A stretch of 64,000 nt of DNA from Camelus dromedarius (Eukaryota). The notes below the pieces were generated by a model that did no database searches, was not told the DNA's origin, and saw nothing but the letters and a program-made list of their open reading frames with translations. Positions 1 to 10,995 of this stretch are shown one piece after another. Positions within the stretch are counted from its first letter, which is position 1. Each line of letters starts with the position of its first letter. The stretch spans positions 52,640,001 to 52,704,000 of the forward strand of contig NC_087447.1 in assembly GCF_036321535.1 (NCBI RefSeq). The letters are read 5' to 3'. The position numbers and the translations under genes are program-made.

Positions 1-210
1 TATCCTGCTAGTCCAAGGGCAATGAGAGACTCAGAGAGCAGATGTGGATCCAATCTACAAATTGGGGTCAAACCCAGCTGAACCAAGGTTAGTTCAGCTG
101 ACGCCCAACTGACCCCTCGCCCCGAGAGCGGGAATAGATGATCGTTTTTAGCCCCCGAATTGTCCAGTGGCTTGTCCATGCAACATGATGGTGGCAACAG
201 TTGCCTAATA
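1..210 (+). mobile_element. MLT1-type (ERVL-MaLR) LTR, 3' part
   Basis: Ends ...tttttagccccc..gtggcttgtccatgcaacatgatggtggcaacagttgcctaataCA, matching the MLT1 3' terminus pattern; truncated by the window edge. Confidence 0.7.
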
Positions 211-254
211 CATATAACATCTCAAAAGACTTCGCAACTCGGTTGTAGGCATTG

Positions 255-385
255 TAGCACCTTTTTACAGTTAAGGAAACACAAAGGCTCCAAGAATCGA
301 GAAGTAACGCAACTTGCCCTGTGTCACACAAGAGCAGGTTCAAGCGCTGAAGTCTACTCTGTCTGTACAGCCCCAACTCTTAGCT
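255..385 (-). mobile_element. MIR SINE fragment
   Basis: ttttacagttaaggaaac...caacttgccctgtgtcacaca is the reverse complement of the MIR core. Confidence 0.65.
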
Positions 386-682
386 TCTCTACCAAACTAC
401 TTCTCAACATGTGTTTGCATGGACAAATGGATAAATGAACAGACATATGAATAACATTCCACGTACGGGAGCCAAAAACACCCACTCAGGGCCTGACCAC
501 CTTAAGGCCAGGACAAACTCATCAATGTACCCAAAGAAGCTCATTTTCCTTTTATGAGGTGTTTGCTGCACAAAGAGCTTGCCCAGGAAATGAGTCCTCT
601 TCATGCCAGGGGAAAAAAGAAACTGCCCTGGAGTGGAAGATAACCACAGCCTGTCAGGCTCCTGGTGTGCTGACGGTCTTCG

Positions 683-702
683 TGGTCCAGCAGATGGTGT
701 CA
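683..702 (+). promoter_or_regulatory. CTCF-like motif
   Basis: TGGTCCAGCAGATGGTGTCA vs core CCASYAGRKGGCRS; GGCG>GGTG change consistent with CpG decay. Confidence 0.3.
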
Positions 703-1084
703 AGGATGTGACCTCCAGAGGTTCACAATAGGCAGTTGACGAAGGCCTCATCTGCATGGGCAGCACGGACGCCCACAGCTGATCCGTGTCTTAGAGCGTG
801 GTACTTAGCAGCTGCGGTAGCACGGGGTGACTGGTGGAGCTCCCCTTCTGAACCGCTGGGAGGCTAAATAATTAACTGCCTTGGGGTGGGAATAGGCAGA
901 CCCTTCTGAGAGGCTACAGAGGGTCCCTGTTCAAGTGGCAACGGATGAATGTCTTTAGATCCACATCCCTCCCTGAGATTTGCCATCTCAAAAGAAACGG
1001 AAACAAAATCAATGATAAAATTTAAAAAGCTGGAGATCTGGATCCTGCTTTTGATTTCACAAAATAGTTTAAAAATTATTTCTG

Positions 1085-1830
1085 GTCCAGTAGAAAAAAA
1101 ATAGACAAAGGATAGGAACAGTCTATTCAGAGAAGAACAAATACAAAGAGCTAACAAACATATGAAAAGATGTTTGGCTGTACTGATAATTAGAGAAATG
1201 CAGATCAAAACAACAATGAAATGCCACTTTTTCCCCAAGCAGGCTGACAAAAATGGGAAAAGCTTGATAATTTCCCATGTCTGCCCCTCAAGAAGGGACG
1301 TTCTCACATACTATTGTGGAATGTTTTGTGGGACACCTTGGCAACATCCTTCAACATTTAGCTACACACCTCTTAGCCGGTCAGTTCTCTTACTGGGAAC
1401 TTACTCTCCAGTTACATGCATCTCCCCAGATATGTCAAGACAGGCATATAAGGAATTCACTGAGAAGTTATTTGGAATAGCAAAAATCTAGAAATACTTA
1501 AGTGTCCAATGACAGAAGATGAGGTTAACTGTACACAGGACATTGACACAATGGAAGAATATGCAGTGATTAACAAGGCTGAGTTAGTCCTGTAGGGACT
1601 GAAACTGGAACATCTAGATGTGTCGTCAAGGGAAAAGTACGAGGTGCAGAACGGTGCAGAGAAAAACCTCTGGGGCGTAAATAAAATGTGGGTCTACGTG
1701 TTTCTTTCCTGAAAGGATAACAACAAACTCGTATACAGTAGTCACCTTTGGAGAGGGGCAGCTGGGAACCTGAGATGAGTTGTGTGCTTTGTTCTATCTT
1801 TCTGTGCATTACACTTTCTGACCGTGCTCG
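1085..1830 (+). mobile_element. Old LINE-1 (L1ME/L1MC-type): ORF2 C-terminus plus 3' UTR remnant
   Basis: ORF 1162-1491 begins MKRCLAVLIIREMQIKTTMKCHF, homologous to L1 ORF2p MKKCSSSLAIREMQIKTTMRYH; decayed L1 3' sequence follows. Confidence 0.85.
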
Positions 1831-3164
1831 TCTATTTTTTTTTTTTAACTTAACAGGAGTTATCTGGACAGTGAGATTAAAGGCCTTTTTTGTTTTCCTT
1901 ACCCTCACACACATTAAAAATCTAGTAAATGTTACAACTTACTATTATATGATGTGTTAATTCTAATGTACTCAAATGCCAGGGGAGTGAAACAGCTGAG
2001 GCTGGGAGTCCCCCAGGCAAGTGGAGGAGCCTGGTGGACGGGGAAGGACACGGCAGGAGAGACCGAGCCCTGGGAGTGGGTTTTCCTGGAGAGCCCGAGT
2101 TGTTCTCTCCGGGGCGTGGGAGGTGGAAAGGAGACAGTGCATATCAGAGGACGGCAGATGCTTCCTCCTGCAGCCTTCTCATCCACGAAGGGGACAGAAG
2201 AAAGTCTCACAGTGCTGCCGGGCATAGCGTGCCTTCCAGGCAACAGGGAGAGGAGGGGGCCCAGGGCGACCATGGGAAGAGCCCAGGAGAGGGCCCCCTG
2301 GGTCCAGGAGCATGGGTAGCAGCCCTGCAGGTGCCAGGAAAGTTCAGGAAGCCACTGAGGAGGGGAGGGCATGGTGCAAATCCTCCTGCAGTTAGGTGGG
2401 GTGAGGAGGAAACATAAAGGTACCTGCTGTTATTCCATCTCAAGTGTCCACAATTACGTTCCCACCGGTCTCTAAACTGAAGCACAGGAAGTGCCTCTGT
2501 CTCCTTTACCCCTTGGCACCCAGCACAGCACCGGGTGCACAGTAGGACCGGTTTGTGGAACGAACAGGATGCTGACACCTCCGGTCAGTCTGGCCCCTCA
2601 TTTTCCTGACACCTTGTTAGCATCTCGCAGAGATCCCCGCGCCGCAAGTCTGCAGCCGGGAATCCTTTAGAGCTTGGGCTCTGTTGCCGGGAGTTACTTA
2701 TCCATGCAAAGAAGTTCAAAGAACTCTAGGAAAGGCTGACCTATTTCATTAGTTAGGCGATATCTAAACAAAAGATTCATTTGACTCTATTGGATCAAAT
2801 GTAAAAATAAAATTAAAATGAATTAAAAACGACAGTGTACAGCTCCTTACAAAAGCACCTTTGATGCACATTCAGCACACTGAACAGCTGCAGTCAGGGA
2901 AGGCAATGAGGTTTCAATTATCCCAGCTACTGGTGGAAAGAGATAACGTGGATAAAAGAAATCCACAGATAATCAAAATTAAAAACCCTTTATTCTTTCT
3001 CTCCATTCAAAGTTGTCCCTAACACGCTCTTGTGAAGACTTAGAAGGAACACTCAGATTTGTTGCATTATCTTTTCTGTCCCTTTTTTCTGTCCAGGTGG
3101 AGATGTTGACGAGATAAGGGACACAAATGGTCTGCAGTGAGAACCTACCGTGCATCAGGCTGGG

Positions 3165-3580
3165 GCTGGGCTAGGTTCTCTGTTTGCCCCTCCAGCTCCT
3201 TTCCCTGCTTTTCCGTACCTTGCTCTTTGCCCCAGGAGGCTGGCCTTTGTGGGTATTATCACCAACATTCCTTTCCCTCTGCTTCTGGCTGGATTCAGCC
3301 AATGGGAGGCACCAAGGAGAGAGAGGGGTATTCACCCCACCCTCGCTGCCCTGCTAGGCTGTGAGCTAGCAGGGGCTTCTTTCCTCTTTCGAAGGCCCTG
3401 GCTCCTGTCCAGCTCAGATAACTGCTCCCTCCCGTTCCCTTGTAGGACTAGGGGTGCTAATGGTTCCCCACTGTTGCTAATCCTGGGGTGCTGCACCCTC
3501 CCTTATTGGTTTCCTGAAACCTTGACCTTCATGAAACTTTCCTCAGTCACCCCACATGAGTGTGCCATCCAGTCCCTGCA
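3165..3580 (+). mobile_element. LTR33-type ERVL solo LTR
   Basis: tttgcccctccag...gccccaggaggctg...ggattcagccaatgggaggcacc...gagtgtgccatc are LTR33 hallmarks. Confidence 0.75.
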
Positions 3581-3604
3581 TTAACCACTTACTGTCTCAT
3601 ATAG

Positions 3605-3720
3605 AGTCCCCATTTCTGAGAGGAACGAGAACCTCAAAGAGGATGGCTGATCTGCCTGTGGTCACAACCTCTAGGGAGCGGCAGAACCAGAATCCCCAGC
3701 CCGGAGCATCTTTGAGATCT
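3605..3720 (-). mobile_element. MIR fragment
   Basis: cccatttctgagaggaacgag...ctgcctgtggtcacaa..gcggcagaaccagaat. Confidence 0.5.
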
Positions 3721-4089
3721 GACAGCTTGATCATACTGCAGAGAAACCAAAGTAATCAGTGAGAATTTGCAAAACGGTACCAACAGCAAGAGAACCGTTG
3801 GAAACTTTCATCTCAGCGTTGAAGGGATGAGAAGGCTGGGTCTTAAAGACTGTCCATGACAGATGTGTCTGGATCCTGTAGGAATCCTTCCTTTTACCAA
3901 TTACTTGGATTCCCACTCCTAAAGGTCATGTTCCTGGACTCCGAGCCTGACACTGGCCACATTCAGATTTTATGAGTTCTTCTGGGCTGTCAGACTGATC
4001 AGCCCAGTGAGAGTGGGAGGGAGGGAGGCAGAAGCTTAGTTAAGTAATTAATCAGTCCTCTGTGTCTTCACTAATCCATCTGCCTGGTC

Positions 4090-4470
4090 ACTCCAGTTAA
4101 TAAGGGACTGTTCTCTCCCAGGTCCTGTGAGTTGCTCAGATGGACAAGACATGGCAGAACATCCAGACTCTATCAGGTGACTGTCATACACAGTGGGAAG
4201 AGATCTGTACAGGATGTGGCTTGAGCACCATAGAGGGCACCTCACCTGGCTGGGATCACAGGCAGAGGCTTCCTGGAGAAAGCATCCCAAGTTGCATTTT
4301 AAAGGATGAGTACGAGTTTGCTTGGTGGGGGGTATGGGAGGCCGGGCAGGGAGGGAGGGCAAGGAGGGAGGGCAAGGAGGGAGGGCAGGGGAGGGAGCTG
4401 AGCCAAGGATGAGTGCTAGGGAGTGCAAGTTCAGCACTTCCAAGCATCCGGGTGGAAGGAGGTGGGCTGA
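4090..4470 (-). mobile_element. L2 fragment
   Basis: ggcttcctggagaaagc...ttttaaaggatgagtacgagtttg is the reverse complement of the L2 3' region. Confidence 0.6.
4344..4395 (+). repeat. G-rich tandem repeat, about (GGAGGGAGGGCAA)3; G-quadruplex-capable
   Basis: gggcagggagggagggcaaggagggagggcaaggagggagggcaggggaggg read directly. Confidence 0.8.
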
Positions 4471-5454
4471 AAAGGCACAGGAGGACCAGTCAGGGTGGGC
4501 AATGCCCTGTGTACTAAGGAACTAACCTGGGTTATACGACTAGGGTTCAGTGTCGAGGCCAGCCTAGCAGTCTCAAGAATGGGATGGTATCTCCCCCAAG
4601 GGCTGCTCTACCTTCTTAAAGAACTTATTTTAAAAAGCTTTCAAACCTGGTCAGAAGTAAAGAGAAGACTCCAGTGAACCCCTGCAGATCCCCTACTCAG
4701 GGTGGTGTTCTGTAATCTCCTCCAGTCCCAGGTCAGGACTGGACCGAGGGCCTGAAGCTCACCTGGCCTGCAGGTGCAGAGGTCCTCAGCTAGAAGGACA
4801 GGGCAGCGGGAGGCGTCAGCAGCTGGCCAGCGGAACACCAGTCAGAGGGGCTCGCTGAAGCCTGACTGCAAAATGACAGCAAAGACTGAGCCCCTGGCTT
4901 CTGTTCCCCTGCACCTTAGAAGGGTAGAGGGCGGGAGGTGCAGAGCTACTGAAATAAAAGTAATACACAGGAAAGAGCTGACACCTGTCTTTGGCACATG
5001 GGCTGCCAAACCTCCCCACGGAGAAGCTTCCAGAGTGAAAGAGAATATACAGGTGACCAGAGCAGGTCACACAGAATCTCCACCTGCCCCATCATCGAGG
5101 CCACTGAGTGAGCTGTTCAGAAGGGAAAATTTCAAACGGAACTGGAGGCCAGAGAGGATCCCAATTCCACAAATGCTATCATTAAGAATCATCACAGATA
5201 ATGTGGTTTTAATTAGAAGGGTTGAGATACTGGCACGTGTTCAAGCAGCTTGTCATCTGAGAATCGGCCAGCATGGTGGGTGCACGCAGCTCATGGAATG
5301 TGAGGCTACTCAGGGGGAGCAGTTCAAGCCTTTTTCCTGCATCCCCTGGGTGGGGAGGGGCCTCTCCACTCACGGTACAGACTGAGTGGGCGGGAAATTC
5401 CTTACATGAGTGAGGAGAGGGAGAGAGGTTTGCTGGCTTGGCATGTGCCGAGGG

Positions 5455-5625
5455 AGAAAGGGTTTTGAGGTCAAACAGGCCTCTATTTGATACTGATGGC
5501 GAGACCTTGGATAAGATGTGTAACCTTTCTGACCCTTGGTTTCCTTATGCATCAGAAGGAGATCCCTACGCACCGCAGGGCTATTCCAAGGATTCAATTA
5601 ATTAACGTACCTCAACACCGGTACA
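5455..5625 (+). mobile_element. MIR fragment
   Basis: gaccttggataagatgtgtaacctttctgacccttggtttcctta...aggattcaattaattaac. Confidence 0.6.
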
Positions 5626-6199
5626 AGTGACCTGGTTCAAACCGGATGCCCAGAAAGCATTTACCATTTACTTCCTTTTCCTGCCTCCCCAAGCTCGCAG
5701 GCAGCCGGGACAGATCCAAGCCCACGTCTTTGTGAAGCCAAAGGAAAACCCCCTTCAACAACTCAGCACAATTTCTCATCCTCCACCGGCGATGACCCGG
5801 GCAGGGCTTTATTTCACAGGGGTCAGGTTTGCAGTCAGCAAAAGTGGCCTCGACTTGTAAAACACCAATTTCCAAATGTGAGACAGATCCCTGCCTGCAT
5901 GTCTAAATCCTATCAGCCTTCTGCACTGGGAAATCTTTACTAGTGGTGACTCCGTTAAACACTAATAGATGGCCAGTAATAGATGGCCTGGCTTCCGAGC
6001 ACATCACATAATCCTCGTTGGCTAACGGAGCCTGGGGCTTAGGAGGATGTGGTTATTCCAACCCTGGAGGCTCAGGGAACCCGCTTGCCATTGTAAACAA
6101 GTGCCCACCCCATTGTCTCCTTAGCCCCCTAGAATGACGTCTGTCCCTTACTCGTGTGCCCCCCACCTCTCTAGGCAGACAAATCATCTTCATGCTAGT

Positions 6200-6385
6200 C
6201 TGTATCTAACAAAGCACTTCACTTTTACAATACCTGGTAATTATCTTATCTAGCTTTTATGAGAACCTTACAAAAATTGATATTATTATCCCCATTTTAC
6301 AGGAGCATAGATGGAGGCTGCAGAAAGTGTATGGTTTCCTGAAGGTCACAGAATCAGGAAATTCATGGACTCCAGATCTTCCTGT
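6200..6385 (-). mobile_element. MIR
   Basis: attattatccccattttacagg...cctgaaggtcacaga. Confidence 0.75.
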
Positions 6386-7261
6386 TTCTAACCAGAGAAC
6401 CCCTCAAGGGCAGGAAACATGACTGACCTCCTTGTGACCCAGCAGGCAGCTGAGCACCTCACACAGCAGACACACGCTTGTGGAATCCCTGATCCACTGT
6501 TTGTTTGCCTTAATTCAGCTCCCTTCCCCCTCCCCAGATAGCTCACCGCCTGGTGCCGCTCCAGGCTCTGCAAGGCTGCCCATCCTGAGACCCCTGCTCC
6601 TGACACAGATGGGCCTGAGGCTCTTCTTGGCATCCAACCCCAGATAATGCCCCATCCCCCATGAGCCATCCCATTCCTTTCCCCAGAAACTCCTTGATCA
6701 AAGAGACCACTGGGCTATGAAAACGATGTTTGTGGAGGCTGGCTTTTCTTCTTGGAAGCAGAGAAAAAGAAAAGCGAGAAAATGGAGCTGCACTGAGAGG
6801 CCAGCCCAGTCAGCACGGAATCACCTGGGCTCTGGTGGCTCTAACCGAATGACAATTCGCCATGAGGCACGGGGCCAGTGTTCTCGACACGTGTGGAGAG
6901 GGAGGCTGCCTGGTGGGTACCTTCTGACCTGAGTCATGCAGACTGGACCTCATGCACAGGAAATCCCTGGGGCAATGCCTCCACCTCCACCCACGCCCTC
7001 ACCCCAGCACCATCCCACCCCGCGTCGGAGCAAATGCAGTACCTGGCCTTGGACCTGGGCTTCCATGAGCTCCTGTGAGGTGACCTAGCAGAGCTGCCTT
7101 CGTGTTTCTGGGGTGGGGGAAAGCTGTAGAATTCGACCCCACAAACCTGCAGCAAGCCCTGTAGCAGGTCTGTGGAGCAGGCACTAATTAGGCACCAGCT
7201 GTGTTCCTGGCCCTGTCCCCGTATATTTCTTTATTAATGCTCACTACCATCCCATGAAGTG

Positions 7262-7450
7262 CTACAGGGAACGGGGCCGGGTTTGTTCCTGGGGTGATGA
7301 AAATGTCCTAAAATTGACTGTGGTGATGGTTCCACAGCTCGGTGAATCTACTAAAAGCTGCTGAATGGTACATGATATACTCCGTGAATTATATTTCAAT
7401 AAAGCTGTTATCCGGGGAAAAAAAAAAAAAGAAGAAAGGAAAAGAAAAGA
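7262..7450 (+). mobile_element. L1MB-type 3' UTR end with A-rich tail
   Basis: ggggtgatgaaaatgtcctaaaattgactgtggtgatgg...gtgaattatatttcAATAAAgctgtt followed by poly(A). Confidence 0.85.
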
Positions 7451-7779
7451 TGTATCACTAAGAGGATCTGATTTGAATCCGTATTTTCTGACTCAAGGTC
7501 TGAATCTCTAACTAAATAAAATGCAGTTCCTGCTCTCAGGTTTATTTTTTAATAGGGAAGAGAAGAAAAGTACTCAAATTATTCAAAATGTTCGATGGAA
7601 CAGGGTAAGTGCTCTGCAGGAGATTTAAGCAGCTCGCTCAGATCAGGGATTCGAGGTTTTCTAAGTTGCGCTGGGAATGCAAACTTTCTGCCCCAGCGTC
7701 CCCACTAGTATACACATCCGGTTACGCATCCAGTTCTGAAACAGGGGGCAAATCAAGGTGACACAACCCTAACACAGTT

Positions 7780-7990
7780 ATAGTGGCATTTAATACGCCA
7801 GATTGTTTTCTAAAGGCTTCAGACGTAAAAACTGATTTATCCCCCCACAACCCTGTGAGGCAGGAGCTATATTCCCATTTAGACCTGAGGGTCAGAGAAA
7901 TGATGACACTTGCCTGAGGTCATACAGCGAGGAAGTGGCAGAGTGCCAGCCCTGGTTTTCTGGTTTGAGTTAATACGCACACCCTCTACA
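7780..7990 (-). mobile_element. MIR
   Basis: cacaaccctgtgaggcagg...cccattttagac...cttgcctgaggtcatacagcgaggaagtggcagag. Confidence 0.75.
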
Positions 7991-9024
7991 CTGTGTGGCT
8001 GACGGGCTCCCTCACACTCTGTCTGACCTCTCCTGAGATCTAAGTTCTGTGCCACTGCTGGGGTGGAGTCACCCTAGTGGTGAGTGTTAACTCACGGTAA
8101 GGAGTGTGAAGGATGAATGAAATGCAGTCCTTCAGACACAGCACAGGAAAAGAAGGGCCCTGGGTTCTCAGTGCTCCTCTGCCATTAAGTCCTGTTGTTT
8201 CTTGCTTCTATCTGGGCCTCAGGTTCATCCTCTGCAAAATAAAGGGGTTGGAGAGGTGATCTTTAAGCTGCCTTTTTGCCCTAAAACTCTAGGATTCTGC
8301 GTCTAAGACCTGGATCCCACTCAATTTGCTGTCTCGGGGCTGCACTCTGGCCATGAGTCCTGGATGTCTGCTGGCCTTAGTGATTCTCAGCATCCAAGAA
8401 GGCCTCCTGATCACGTAGAGTTGGGGTAATGCTCCCTAGGAACCTTGCTATTTCCTGACTCCAACTCCACTCTGGCCCTGCCTATGCAGGAAACGGCCAC
8501 TCCCTCCTTAATATCACTAGTTGTGTGTCCAGTGTCCAGCCCATGGTGGTTGCCAAACTGTGAATGAATTAATGAAGAAATGAGTGAATGAGTGCATGCC
8601 TGCTTGTAACAAACCCTTATCACAAAGCTGTCATGACAGCTTACACTTCTGTCTTTTTCAAAGAGCTATGATTTCACCAATGCCTAGGGCTCCTGTGCTA
8701 GGCTCTGCTCTGGACATATTCAGGATAAAATAATTGGGATTAAATGTTCTAAAGGGCCCAGTAGCACAAAATATACGACTCTGGAGCTGACTTGGGAAAT
8801 CTGGTGAAGCTGTAGGACACGTATGGCTGACATTGACAAGCCTGGAAAGGGGAGACAGAGTACTGTGCACACAGCAAGGGTCATGGGAGTTTGAGACCCT
8901 GGGCCACCAAGAGCACCTAGAGGAGGGGCCAGGACTGTTCAAGTCCCTCTGGGCCAGGCCTTGGGTGGGTTCAGACCCAGAGGTGATTTAAACCATTCAC
9001 TTTTGCATCTGGCATCCTCTAGAC

Positions 9025-9210
9025 CAGCAGTGTCCAACAGCACTTTCTGCAGAGATACCATTTGTTATGCACTTGTGCTGCCCAATACATGTAGACTTAA
9101 ACACCTGAGATGTGGCTCATGTAACCCAGTCACTGCATTTCTTATTTATTTTAACTAGTTTAAATTAACATAGTCCACATGGCTAGTGCCTAGCACATTG
9201 GACACCACAG
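9025..9210 (+). mobile_element. MER3 (hAT-Charlie MITE), near full length
   Basis: Termini cagcagtgtccaa...ttggacaccacag; flanks ctctagac (9017-9024) and gtctggac (9211-9218) form a degenerate 8-bp TSD at an NTCTAGAN target. Confidence 0.85.
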
Positions 9211-10402
9211 GTCTGGACCTTTAATACATAATTTACTTTGAGATCACACATTTCTGACCCCACGCCGTATACCAGGCTGGGCACACGAGGACTGCTTGCA
9301 GCTATGTTTTCAAGCCTGGCTTTGTCCTGATCCCATCTCTGGCTCTGGTAGTCAGTTCTGCCTCTGATATGCTATGTTGGGACTCGGAGCCTCAGGCTCC
9401 TCTTCTTGCAACTTCACAGGGTAATTGGGGAAAAAGAGGAGAACATGTGTGACAATTATCTGCACATAAGGGGCACTCAAGAAGCACTGGTGGCCTCCTC
9501 TGTCCCCCTCCTCCACCCAGCTCCTCACCCCTACTCTTTACTCCGGTGGGCCCCATGATCTGTTGGAATTCAAGTACTCTCAACCATCTGATGGTTCCTC
9601 CAGATTCCAACCTGCCTTTTCTCTCTTGTGTGGCTTGGGTCTGAGCCTTCAGCCCATCCTCAGCTCCACCTGAGCCCCACACCAGCGATGGCTGAGAACA
9701 CTCTTCCACTGGGTCTGGGGGCCAGGCTGGGAATACACAGAGAGAGAACGAGAGAGCTGTGGGCGCAGTAGGATATGGTAGCCTACACATTTTTTTGGAT
9801 TTTTTTTTCCTTAAGGAGGAGGGATGTTATGGGTGTGGGGACGAAACTGTTTAAAAAGCACAGATCTTGACAAAACAAAGCCAGTGCCTACTTCCTCCAC
9901 AGTCTCTCAAATTTCTTCCCCGACCCCCAGAGACAAATCCTGGGGCAGGCCTCCGAGTCCCTCCAAAGAAAGACATTATGCTGCCAACATTTGGTTTCTT
10001 ATAACCTCTGGATGGATGAAAGCAAGTCATGTGCATGGTCCATGGAGACTCCAAAGGGGCCTGTGAGAAACATGAGACCACAGTCCAGTGAGGGTATTCT
10101 TTATATTTTTAAGAAAAATTGCCTTTAGGATAAATGACTTTTTCTTGAGGCAGAGACGCATGATGGAGGAAAAGCCTCACAGCTAGGAATCTGAAATTCC
10201 CAAGGTTTGGAAGGCCCAGAGGTTCCAGGTACCAGGGGCTTGCCTCCTCTTGCACACGATGGGTCCCAGCTCTGCAATCTATCATGGAAAGTCTTGGGGG
10301 CTCAGTTTTCTCACCCAGAAAATGGAGCCATAATAATGCCTGCCTCACGGGGCTGTTGAGAGAGACCCCAGAGAGACTGAGACTTTGCTTTGAAAACTAC
10401 CA

Positions 10403-10452
10403 ACCAGAAATTGACACAACATTGTAAACTGACTATACGTCAATTAAAAACA
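10403..10452 (+). mobile_element. Extremely 5'-truncated young L1 tail (about 50 nt)
   Basis: accagaaattgacacaacattgtaaactgactatacgtcaattaaaaac flanked by the perfect TSD aaaactacca (10393-10402, 10453-10462). Confidence 0.85.
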
Positions 10453-10744
10453 AAAACTACCAGATTCTAAAAAAACATCTGGCTCAGGGCAGAGAGCCCC
10501 CCAGGAAGTGGACCCCAATCCTGATAATTAAATTACCACTACCCATGGCTGGAACTGAAAACAAATTTTCTAAGTGTAAACCTCTCCTTCCACTCATTTT
10601 GCCCAGCGCTTTGAAGATCAGTCTCTTTCCTACCCCCACCTCCCCGCTACAGCAAGAAGAGATGCTTTGGAAATGAGACCTCAAGATGTAACCCTGAAAA
10701 CAATCTTAAGAGGAACATATGACACTGCGAGCGGTCGAACTGCT

Positions 10745-10995
10745 TGGCGAAGCAGTGTGGAGTATTAGGTTTAAAGAGAAGGAGAGATTTAGATTCAAAT
10801 CTCAGCTGAGTCCTAGGCTGGCTGTGTGATCTTGGCCAAGTTACTTAACATCTCTGAGTCCTTGAAATAGCTTAGCTGTAAAATAGGGATCATGATGGCT
10901 ACATGGAAGGGTATTTTTGAGGGATACCTGGGGGTGAGGTGACACATAAAGGTGACTAATATAGGAGGCGCTTAATATTCACTGAATTGAGATGA
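10745..10995 (+). mobile_element. MIR, near full length
   Basis: gctgtgtgatcttggccaagttacttaacatctctgag...ctgtaaaatagggat. Confidence 0.8.

Noticed and set aside
1162..1491. ORF with real protein homology, as do 35744-35977 and 50444-50707
   Set aside because: Fragments of decayed L1 ORF2p, not host genes; the RT catalytic motif in the 34.6-37.1k copy is degenerate and the frame is broken
3061..3100. Strong polypyrimidine tract plus CAG acceptor
   Set aside because: No convincing donor before the LTR33; isolated acceptor-like sites are common in introns
4774..5385. 203-aa ORF
   Set aside because: Starts at GTG and has no recognisable homology or exon structure
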